A stretch of 64,000 nucleotides of DNA from an uncultured Actinomycetota bacterium (lineage in GTDB: Bacteria > Actinomycetota > Actinomycetes > Streptosporangiales > Streptosporangiaceae). Location of the stretch: positions 55,386 to 119,385 of the forward strand of contig CAWEGV010000002.1 of the NCBI GenBank assembly GCA_963808615.1, written 5' to 3'. Both the position numbers and the translations under genes were made by a program. This document shows positions 57,201-64,000 of the stretch, in pieces (the first letter of the stretch is position 1; each line of letters starts with the position of its first letter). The notes below the pieces were generated by a model. The model saw nothing but the letters and a program-made list of their open reading frames with translations. It was not told the DNA's origin and ran no database searches.

Positions 57201-57621
57201 CGATCCGGAGAGCCCGGGGGGCAAGGGGTCCGCGCCGCCGCTGCCCGCCATGACGCCGGTCGAGGAGACGTTCGCCGACCTGTGGGCCACCGGGACCTAC
57301 GGCACTCACCCGGTGGCGCACATCCGGGCCTGGCTCGCCGAGCGGCAGGTGCTGACCGCGGCGGCGGTCAGGTCAGCCGCCGCGGATTCCCACGTGACCG
57401 TGGCCGGCCTGGTCACTCACCGGCAGCAGCCCCCGACCGCACGCGGGGTAGTGTTCATCAGCCTGGAGGACGAGACCGGGATGGTGAACGTCATCTGCCC
57501 GCCCCAGGTCTGGGCCCGCCACCGCCGGATGGCCATGGTCGCGCCTGCGCTGCTCATCCAGGGCCGGGTCGAGCGCACCGGCGGACCCCGAGCGCTGACC
57601 AGGCGGCCCCGAGCGCTCTGA
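54229..57621 (+). CDS. dnaE2: Error-prone DNA polymerase DnaE2 (ImuC); 3' end disturbed
   Basis: VGWDNAPVPWAELRRRMS N-terminus (GTG 54229). PHP domain WAELHCHSAFSFLDGA. GRGSAANSAVCYALGITNVNP, FDLLGLGML, RPGPIQGG. The stop at 57621 lies inside a 58-nt duplication. The conserved C-terminus continues in another frame to 57715. Confidence 0.9.
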   Translation: MGWDNAPVPWAELRRRMSWRAEGQPPQAGSADPEAPHHAGPAGPETATPVPSEPVRRPEAGRVPWAELHCHSAFSFLDGAAAPGELVAEAARLGLETLAITDHDGMYGVPQFAQAAARLAEHGARLRTVFGAELSLPPGSGGYGGAGSPPVRGGSRGVVPPDQSSHLLILARDPEGYRRLCSVISAAQLAGGEKGRPVYDTGALASAHDGHWVVLTGCRKGQVPVALAAGGPDPKTAAWRELAELTAMFGHENVMVELNCRHDPGDDERNDALARLAAAADVDVIATGNVHYAVPGQARLGQALAAIRARRSLADQDGWLDPAGTAYLRSGAEMAALLRRYPGVLERTVALGRECAFDFRVIAPSLPDFGVPAGHTEASWLRELVARKAPARYGAPGRERVPGAHAQIARELDVIERLKFPGYFLIVHNIVEFCEHENILCQGRGSAANSAVCYALGITNVNPVSHHLLFERFLSEGRDGPPDIDLDIEHRRREEVIQYVYRTYGRERAAQVANVITYRPRLALRDAGRALGYTPAQSDAWVRQIGPGAAADGESLPADDRDPDAVPPAAADLAAQMQRLPRHLGTHSGGMVICDRPVGEVCPVEWARMPGRSVLQWDKDDCAYAGLVKFDLLGLGMLAALHDCLDLVNKHYGEHWSMSSIPQEDPAVYQMLAEADTVGVFQVESRAQMATLPRLRPKQFYDLVIEVALIRPGPIQGGSVHPYLRRHDGHEPATMPHESMRPALGKTLGVPLFQEQMMQLAIDCAGFDPAEADRLRQAMSAKRAPERIAELRQRLLDGMAERGISDAVAEDIYVKILAFSNYGFPESHAISFAYLVYASAWLKQYYPAAFTAALLRNQPMGFYAPHTLINDARRHGVVVLGVDVNASEALASLEGFAGACPAGVKRPAIRPGLSGVRNLGLQAAERVAAGRPYRDLEDFAARTALPAAALEALALAGAFGCFGLSRRAALWAAGAAATVREGQLAGTTTGLDPESPGGKGSAPPLPAMTPVEETFADLWATGTYGTHPVAHIRAWLAERQVLTAAAVRSAAADSHVTVAGLVTHRQQPPTARGVVFISLEDETGMVNVICPPQVWARHRRMAMVAPALLIQGRVERTGGPRALTRRPRAL
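54637..54712. repeat. G/C-homopolymer hairpin element, copy B (inside the dnaE2 CDS)
   Basis: Runs: C6, G6, G7, C7, G6, G6, C6. Hairpin at 54656-54680: ACGGGGGGGC-gggca-GCCCCCCCGT. Second hairpin at 54695-54710. Confidence 0.65.
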
Positions 57622-57642
57622 GGGCACCGAGCGTACCGGCGG
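57571..57642. repeat. 58-nt duplication-like insert bounded by a 14-nt direct repeat GAGCGYACCGGCGG
   Basis: GAGCGCACCGGCGG at 57571 and GAGCGTACCGGCGG at 57629. Internal 22-nt repeat GGCGG(A)CCCCGAGCGCT at 57580 and 57602. Confidence 0.6.
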
Positions 57643-57743
57643 CGCCGTCAACCTGGTCGCCGCCGCGCTACGCCCGCTCCAGGTCGCCGCCGTGCCCAGC
57701 CGTGACTTCCGCTGACCTCTCTTCCCGGGCCGTCGGCGGCAGG

Positions 57744-58480
57744 ATGGGAACCGTGCGATCAATCGAGGATGTCCTGGAGGGCCTGACCGAGGCGACGGCC
57801 AGGCTGATCGGTGACGTGGGTCGGCTGACCGATGCTGACGTGCGGGAGCCTTCACTGCTACCTGGCTGGACACGAGGGCATGTCCTGACGCATCTGGCCG
57901 GTAATGCCGAGGGCGGTGCCCGGCTGCTGGGCTGGGCCCGGACCGGGATCCCCGGCTACGAGTATCCGAGCGTGGCGGCGCGGGCGGCCGCCATCGAGGA
58001 AGGGGCGGGCCGCCGGCTGCTGTCCTGGTAACCGACGTGCGCGCCACGGCGGCCGCGCTGGCCGAAGCGGCCGAGCAGATGCCGCCAGGCGCCTGGCAGA
58101 ACCTGGTCACCTGGACGACCGGCCAGCAGACTCCGGCGGAGATGGTCGTGCGGTCCCGGCTGGCTGAGGTGCTGATTCACCATGTGGATCTTGATTTCGG
58201 TTACGGGCCCGGCTCGTGGCCCGCGGCGTTCGTCCGCGAGATGCTCACCATCGTGGTCCAGGCCCTGAGCGACCGCCCGCTGGCCCCCGTAACCGCGGGT
58301 CTTCATGCCACCGATACGGGCCGCTCATTCCAGCTCAGCGGCGCCGCGGCAGATGCCGGGCCGATCAGCGGGACCGAAGCGGGGCTGCTGGCCTGGCTAA
58401 TGGGCCGTTCCGATGGCGCCGACCTGGCCAGGGCCGATCCAGGCCTGCTGCCGCCGGTCCCCAGCATCTACCTGACGTGA
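57744..58480 (+). pseudogene. Maleylpyruvate isomerase family mycothiol-dependent enzyme (DinB-like), one frameshift
   Basis: LLPGWTRGHVLTHLAGNAEG...IEEGAGR, a shift near 58015, then PAAVLVTDVRATAAALAEAAEQMPPGAW...RLAEVLIHHVDLDFGY. Confidence 0.7.
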
Positions 58481-58526
58481 CCAGTTGTCCCGCCGCCAGC
58501 GCCAGGCTGAGCTCACTCAGGCACGC

Positions 58527-58870
58527 AGTTCCGCGAGCATGGGTCGCAGGCGAGCGGCCAGCGGGGGATCGGATCGCTGGAGCTCGTCCGCTGCGAGGTT
58601 GATGGTGGCGGCCAGGGCACGGCGCAGTTCTGCTTCGGTGATTGAGCGTGGTCTCCAGCGGTGCCGTCAGATCATCGGGCAGCAGATGGGCTCCCTTGGC
58701 GTAGTAGGCGGGATAACCCAGCCGCACGCGGGCCAGGGTGATCGCATGGTCGCGCATGGCGTTGATCCAGTGCTCGGCTTGCCACCAGCGGCCACGCTCG
58801 ATGCAGACCCGGGCGTGCAGGGCGTGATGCCAGATGAGACCGGTCAGGTGCCGCGGGTCCGGTGCCGGGG
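58527..58870 (-). pseudogene. Nucleotidyltransferase-domain protein, C-terminal fragment, frameshifted
   Basis: LTGLIWHHALHARVCIERGRWWQAEHWINAMRDHAITLARVRLGYPAYYAKGAHLLPDDL, then ELRRALAATINLAADELQRSDPPLAARLRPMLAELRA in another frame. Confidence 0.45.
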
Positions 58871-58899
58871 AGGGGGCAGGTGACTGCGGCTTGCCGAAG

Positions 58900-59202
58900 A
58901 CGGTCCGCCACCCCGCCGATCATCAGCAACAAGGTCGGCGGCAGCGCCCTCCACAACACGGTGTTGACCGACAACCCGACGGTCAGCGATTCGCCGAGGT
59001 GGCCGTGCAGCAACCGCAGCACGTAGTGGAAGTACTGCCAGGCGGCGGGCTCGCCCTGGCCGAGCTGCGTGTCGATCTGCACGCGGGAGGCCGGGCTCGC
59101 ACCCCCGGCCCGGAACAGCCCGAAAGCGGCCAGGGTCACGGCCCATACCAGGACCACGATCCCCAGCCGCCTCCGGACCAGGAAAAGAGCAAAGCTTGTC
59201 AC
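58900..59202 (-). pseudogene. ABC (peptide/nickel-type) transporter permease, N-terminal fragment
   Basis: MTSFALFLVRRRLGIVVLVWAVTLAAFGLF...YFHYVLRLLHGHLGESL...LPPTLLLMIGG. The remainder of the permease is absent. Confidence 0.5.
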
Positions 59203-59306
59203 TTCGCGCGCAACCTCGCATCACCGGCGCCTGGACCGTGGCTAGCCTGGACGATCGACCGGCCCGGGCGAGAAATGCCCTCTCCTGAGAACCTTATTGG
59301 CCAGCC

Positions 59307-60117
59307 TCACCCGGCGCGGATGCCGGTGGCCAGCAGGTGCGGGCCGACGCCGAGCAGTTCGGGTACCCGCTCCAGGGCCCGGGCGCTGTCCAGGACCATG
59401 ACCCGCGCGGCCGGGTCGTCCAGCCGCTCGGCCAGGTCGGCCAGCAGGAAGGCCGACCCTTCCACGCAGACCAGGTCCGCGACCGCCAGCCCGGCCGCGC
59501 GCAGCTCGGCGCGCAGCTGCGCCGGCCGGTGGCAGAAGCCGCTGAACGACCCGGGACCGAGCGGCAGCTGCCCGGTCCGCTCGACCTGACCGACCAGCTC
59601 GGGCATATGCGGATAAGTCTGGTACAGCCGGCTCAGCAGCACTCCATCGATCCGCGGCGCCCAGCGGGAGATCGCGGCCACGAACACCGGCCCGCCGGGC
59701 CGGACCACCCGCCGCGCCTCGCCGAGCGCACGGACTCGCTCGGCCCGTCGGCGCAGGTGATACAGCGGCCCGAGCAGCAGGACCGCATCCACCGAGGCGT
59801 CCGCCAGGTCCAGGTCGCGAGCGTCGCCCACCGCCGTCCGCAGCCCGGCGATGCCGTCGGCGTCTTCGCGCAGCTGCCGGACGTGCAGCGGCACCAGGTC
59901 CCGGTGCTCGACCCGGTAGCCCAGCCCGGCCAGCCACAGCGCATAGCGGCCAGGCCCGCCGCCGATGTCGGCGACTAGCGCCGGGCGGCCGGCAGCCGCC
60001 GGAGGATGATCTCGGTGGTCCGGGCGAACTCCAGCCGCCCGTGGCCCTCGGCCAGCCGGCCGCGTTCCTCGCCGCGCGCGTAGTGCTCGTGCAGCTCGGC
60101 CTGGTGCGCATCCTCCA
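59307..60117 (-). pseudogene. Class I SAM-dependent methyltransferase, one frameshift near the N-terminus
   Basis: MEDAHQAELHEHYARGEERGRLAEGHGRLEFARTTEIILRRLPAA, a shift near 59985 at a C-run, then ALVADIGGGPGRYALWLAGLGYRV...DAVLLLGPLYHL. Confidence 0.7.
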
Positions 60118-60281
60118 TGACGCGTCACGATGACACGCCGCGCGCCCGGCCGTCGACACGTTTATCCGCCCAGCCGTCCAACTCGCAGGAACTCTCCGTC
60201 CAGCCTCGCGTTCACCGCTCACCCCCTACAGCCATGCAGACCACCCCCGGCGTGCGGAAGGTTGCATGGGACGGGCGCTTT

Positions 60282-60911
60282 CTAGCGGACCCCGCGGGGA
60301 CGGAACTGCACGCTGATCCGCGGCCCGACGGCCTGGGCCGTCTTCGGCACGGCGTGCTCCCAGGTCCGCTGGCAGCTACCGCCCATGACCAGCAGGTCGC
60401 CGTGCCCCACCTCATAGCGCAGGGACTTTCCCCCGCCCCGCGGCCGCAGCAGGAACCCCCGCGGCGAGCCCAGCGACACGATCGCGACCATGGTGTCTTC
60501 GCGCCGGCTCCGGCCAGTTGTGTCGCCGTGCCAGGCCACGCTGTCCCGCCCGTCCCGGTACAGGCACAGCCCCGCGGTCCGGAACGGCTCGCCGAGTTCC
60601 GTTCCGTAGTGCGCGTTCAGCGCCTGTAGCGCGCCGGTCAGCACCGGGTCGGGCAGCACCGCGTCCTCGCCGTAGAAGCAGGTCAGCCGGGGCACGTCCA
60701 CCACCCGGTCGTACATGTGCCGTTTCTCCGCCCGCCACGGCACCGTCTCGGCCAGCCGGCCGAACACCGCGCCAGAACCCGACAGCCATCCCGGGCGCAG
60801 GTCGACCCAGGCGCCGCGGGCCAACGGCGTCCGCCGCACCGTGTCCCCGAGTGCTCCGAGCACGGGCTCGTCGCCCGCGTCCAGCAGGGATTCCTGCATG
60901 CTCACGCTCAC
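60282..60911 (-). CDS. alkB: Alpha-ketoglutarate-dependent dioxygenase AlkB-like (2OG-Fe(II) oxygenase)
   Basis: AGLCLYRDGRDSVAWHGD (HxD), MVAIVSLG, GDLLVMGG..Q..WEHAVPK, RISVQFR. Confidence 0.85.
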   Translation of the reverse strand: MSVSMQESLLDAGDEPVLGALGDTVRRTPLARGAWVDLRPGWLSGSGAVFGRLAETVPWRAEKRHMYDRVVDVPRLTCFYGEDAVLPDPVLTGALQALNAHYGTELGEPFRTAGLCLYRDGRDSVAWHGDTTGRSRREDTMVAIVSLGSPRGFLLRPRGGGKSLRYEVGHGDLLVMGGSCQRTWEHAVPKTAQAVGPRISVQFRPRGVR

Positions 60912-61555
60912 CAGGACATTCTATCCCACGTCCAAACGAATATTCGATTGGCAGGCACGACGTAAGCCGCCACCGAGGCCAGGCCGCCCCGGAGCTGCGG
61001 CACGAGATCACCCCGGTCGGCCCGGCCGGCTGAGCGGCCGGCCATGGCCAGTTCCCGCAGCCGGCGCCGGGCGACCTTGCCAGTGGGTCCCGCCGGCAGC
61101 TCCGGAACCAGGCAGAACACACTCGGCCGCTTGGCCCGGGGCAGGGCCTCCTCGCACGCCTCGCGCAGTGCCTGCGCCAGCTCGGCCTCCTCGAACGGTC
61201 CGCCGGGCCACGACCCGGCCGGGACGACGTAGGCCACCGGGCGCTCGCCGAGCACCTCGTCCCGGACCCCGACCACCGCGGCCGAACCGACGCCGGGCTG
61301 CGCGAGCAGGACGTCCTCGATCTCCCGCGGGTAGATCTTCTCCCCTCCCCGGTTAATCACGTCGTCGGACCGGCCGGCCAGGAACAGGTAGCCGTCCTCG
61401 TCGAAGTGACCGAGGTCGCCGGTGTCGAGCCAGCCCTCAATCCATGCCACGCTGCCGGACCATCGGTTCAGGACCAGATCGCCCGCTGCTGTAATGATCT
61501 GACTCGCACGTGGGACAACGCCGGAAGGCAGCGGCCCTTTCGGCCAATTCCGCAT
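60908..61555 (-). pseudogene. AMP-dependent synthetase/ligase, C-terminal fragment
   Basis: GWLDTGDLGHFDEDGYLFLAGRSDDVINRGGEKIYPREIEDVLLAQPGV..AAVVGVRDEVLGERPVAYVV...LPAGPTGKVARRRL. Only about the last 170 aa of a roughly 500-aa enzyme are present. Confidence 0.6.
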
Positions 61556-61944
61556 TTGCCTCGACCACCGCGTCGGCCCTCGCGGCGACCCCTCCGCTTT
61601 CGCGAGTCATGGGAGGTCCTTGCATGTGCGGGTGCGCGATCGCTTTGGGCACGCGCCAGACGCAAAGGCCTGACTGGTCGTCGTAGCCGAGGTACACCTG
61701 CGTCTGCATTTCGGCGGCCCGTCGCGTTTTCCCGTCCTTCGGGTAGGTGACGCCGAGTGACTCCTCCTGACACCTACGTTCGACATGGAAAATCGAATAC
61801 TTCAGCGTGTCAGGTCACGAAAATGTCGGCGGCGCCTGCTAGTCTAAGTCTAGAAAATAATTCCGAATAACGACTGTCAAGCCGTACCCACGGCCAGGCC
61901 AAAGCCCGGCCCGCGCCCGGCCGAGAGGAGGTGAGACCGGCGCC

Positions 61945-63624
61945 ATGAGCACCGTGACGGTCCCGGCGAACGCGGCCGAGGCGCTGCGGATGCTGCAGTG
62001 CGCGGCGGGGTTCTTGGCCGACCTGGACGCGGCCCAGATGCCGGCCGAGGCGATCTCGGAGTGCCTGCGCGGCCTGGAGCAGGCCGACGCGGTGCAGGCC
62101 GCGGCCCGGGGACGGCTGCTGGCCGGGTTCGATGCGGCCGGCGGCCCCGTGGGCGACGGGCAGCGGACCAGCCGCACCTGGCTGGTGCACACGACCCGGG
62201 TGACCCGCGGGCAGGCCGCCGAGCACACGGCGGTGCAGGCGCTGGCCCGGGCCCATGCCCCGCTGCTGGCCGGGCTGCGCGAGGGCGGCGTGATCACCAA
62301 GTCCGTGGCGCTGCAGCTGGCCAAGTGGACGTTCGGGATCCCCGGGGAGTACCGGGGGCAGGCTGAGGAGATCGTGGTGGCCGCGGCGCGGGCCGGGGCG
62401 GGCCTGCGGGAGCTGGCCGCGATCTGCGCGGAGATTCGCTACCGCACCGCCCCGTCCGACCCCGACGGCGACAACGACAAGCACCTGGACCGGGCGCTGT
62501 TTCTGGACACCACGCTGGACGGGGCCGGGGTGCTGCGCGGCGACCTGACCCCGCAGTGCGCGGCGATGGTGCGGGCGGTGCTGGACGCGCTGTCGGCCCC
62601 TGAGGGGGGCGGGGACCTGCGGACCCGGGCCCAGCGCTACCACGACGCGCTGGCCGAGGCGATGCGGCGGCTGCTGGCCTCGGACCTGCTCCCCCAGCGG
62701 GCCGGGCAGCCGGTCAAGGCCCTGGTGCATGTCTCGTTCGCGGACTTGTGCGAGCTGGATGCCGATTCGGCGCTGCAGGCCAAGTGGGTCGAGGGCTACC
62801 GGGCCGCGTGGGCCGCGCACCGCGCCGACGCCGCGGTGGCCGCCGGGGACGGCGGGGCCTGGCTGGACGGCGACGCCGCCCGCACGATCGGCTGCGACGC
62901 GATGCTGATCCCGGTGGTAACCGGCGACCTGGACCCGGGCGCGGTGGACCAGCTGGTCGGCTTGTGCGTGCAGTATGACCGGATCCGCGGCCACGCCGGC
63001 CGCGGCACCGAGGAGGCCGGCAGCCCCGAAGCCGGCGGCGGCCCGGACGACGCAGGCCGCTCCGACGGCGCCGACGGCGCCGGCAACGCCGGCGCCCAGG
63101 ACGGCACCGGGAGCACCGGCGCCCAGGACGGCGCGGCTGGCCTGGATGCCGCGCAGGGCGCAGGCGGCGGCCATGGCCGTGCCGAGGTGCTGGCCATGCT
63201 GGAACAGCAGATCCTGGCCGCGGTCATCGCGGTGGTCTCCGGCCCCGGCGGCGTCGCCTCGTTCCTGCGCACCAACCTGCTCGGCAAGGGCCTGAACGGC
63301 CCGTCGCTGCCGCTGGACGTGGGCCAGAGCGACCAGATCCCCGCCCACCTGCGGCGGCTGGTGGCGCTGCGGGACCAGGGCTGCCAGTACCCCGGCGGGT
63401 GCGACCAGCCCGCGGCCGGGTGCGAGCCGCACCACGTGGTGCACCGGGCCGACGGCGGCCGGACCAGCCTGGGCAACCTCAAGGACTACTGCTGGTGGCA
63501 CCATCACGTGGTGCTGCACGAGCTGGGCTGGGAACTGACCGTCCGCCCGGACGGCACCAGCCAGGTCCGCAGCCCCGCCGGGAAGATCATCCGCAGCCAC
63601 AGCCCGCCGCCCCGCCCCGGGTAA
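61945..63624 (+). CDS. DUF222 domain plus HNH endonuclease protein (REP13E12-like)
   Basis: N-terminal DUF222-like region (LRMLQCAAGFLADLDAAQMP...). C-terminal HNH region (LRDQGCQYPGGCDQPAAGCEPHHVVHRADGGRTSLGNLKDYCWWHHHVVLHELGW). A lower-GC leader precedes it. Confidence 0.85.
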   Translation: MSTVTVPANAAEALRMLQCAAGFLADLDAAQMPAEAISECLRGLEQADAVQAAARGRLLAGFDAAGGPVGDGQRTSRTWLVHTTRVTRGQAAEHTAVQALARAHAPLLAGLREGGVITKSVALQLAKWTFGIPGEYRGQAEEIVVAAARAGAGLRELAAICAEIRYRTAPSDPDGDNDKHLDRALFLDTTLDGAGVLRGDLTPQCAAMVRAVLDALSAPEGGGDLRTRAQRYHDALAEAMRRLLASDLLPQRAGQPVKALVHVSFADLCELDADSALQAKWVEGYRAAWAAHRADAAVAAGDGGAWLDGDAARTIGCDAMLIPVVTGDLDPGAVDQLVGLCVQYDRIRGHAGRGTEEAGSPEAGGGPDDAGRSDGADGAGNAGAQDGTGSTGAQDGAAGLDAAQGAGGGHGRAEVLAMLEQQILAAVIAVVSGPGGVASFLRTNLLGKGLNGPSLPLDVGQSDQIPAHLRRLVALRDQGCQYPGGCDQPAAGCEPHHVVHRADGGRTSLGNLKDYCWWHHHVVLHELGWELTVRPDGTSQVRSPAGKIIRSHSPPPRPG

Positions 63625-63659
63625 CCAGCCCCGGGCGACCCGCCCGGAAGAAGCGGGCA

Positions 63660-63857
63660 TCAAACCAGCCGCCGCGACCAGCCGCGGCCCGTGATGGTGG
63701 CCACGTCAACCTCGTTGCCCTCGGCATCGGCCAAGGTCCAGCGCATCGGCGCGTGCTCATCGCTAACCAGGCGGCCTCCGGCGGCCAGAGCCGCCCCGAT
63801 TTGATTGGTCCCATCGGGCGGGTCTCCCGCATCGAATCTGTACCTGTTTCGCCTCAA
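63660..63857 (-). pseudogene. VOC/glyoxalase family protein, C-terminal fragment
   Basis: AALAAGGRLVSDEHAPMRWTLADAEGNEVDV resembles a VOC C-terminal beta-strand motif. The N-terminal half is absent. Confidence 0.35.
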
Positions 63858-63908
63858 GACATGGCGCCGCTGATCACCCCGATCCGCGCGCTCTCTTAAC
63901 CTCTACTG

Positions 63909-64000
63909 GTGAGCCAGGTACGACAACGCCGCTGCGTGGTGATCGGCGCGGGCGTGCTCGGCGCCTCGGTGGCGGTCAGGCTGGCCAGTACCGGAATGCA
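63909..64000 (+). CDS. FAD-dependent oxidoreductase (3' partial, leaves the window)
   Basis: The GTG start is followed by RCVVIGAGVLGASVAVRLASTG, a Rossmann GxGxxG dinucleotide-binding motif. Confidence 0.5.
   Translation, partial: MSQVRQRRCVVIGAGVLGASVAVRLASTGM

Noticed and set aside
61437-61709. 90-aa minus-strand ORF in the lower-GC spacer before the DUF222-HNH gene.
   Set aside because: No recognisable motif or RBS, and the surrounding sequence looks like degraded DNA. There is insufficient support for a gene call.

Overview
High-GC (about 70%+) actinobacterial chromosomal window. Gene content and synteny suggest a Streptomyces/Streptosporangiales-like organism; this is inference. The backbone is housekeeping: a BfaA/BfaB-like FAD-oxidoreductase plus CFA-synthase-like methyltransferase pair, leuS, lexA divergent from a ChiZ-like LysM gene, and nrdR-nrdJ. 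It continues with a membrane-anchored tandem AAA+ ATPase, a fused 5-oxoprolinase, and a PAS/GAF/PP2C phosphatase. Then come the principal sigma factor, whiB7, topoisomerase IV-like subunits B and A, cobU, ndh, and the SOS mutasome cassette imuA'-imuB-dnaE2. Two stretches (about 12.5-19.5 kb and 58.5-63.9 kb) are accessory and decayed. They hold a Phd/VapC toxin-antitoxin pair, an IS256 transposase remnant, gene fragments and a DUF222-HNH (REP13E12-like) gene. No rRNA, tRNA or CRISPR was found. The most unusual signals are at nucleotide level. (1) A G/C-homopolymer hairpin element occurs twice inside coding sequence (the PP2C phosphatase and DnaE2). It is read in two different frames and has a compensatory stem substitution. 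(2) A paired TGTGACA-centred palindrome module with 31-bp spacing occurs once in frame inside the oxoprolinase and once just upstream of dnaE2. (3) A roughly 110-nt palindromic intergenic repeat occurs twice. (4) A 54-nt near-pure poly-C/poly-G tract lies upstream of the topo IV A gene. (5) Four abutting SOS-box-like units lie in front of the ChiZ-like gene. At least 11 genes, including housekeeping ones, carry single-nucleotide frameshifts, and many of those inspected fall in or next to short G/C runs. This is most simply explained by consensus indel errors, so every pseudogene call here is provisional. I did not identify a clear novel multi-gene system such as a defence island.
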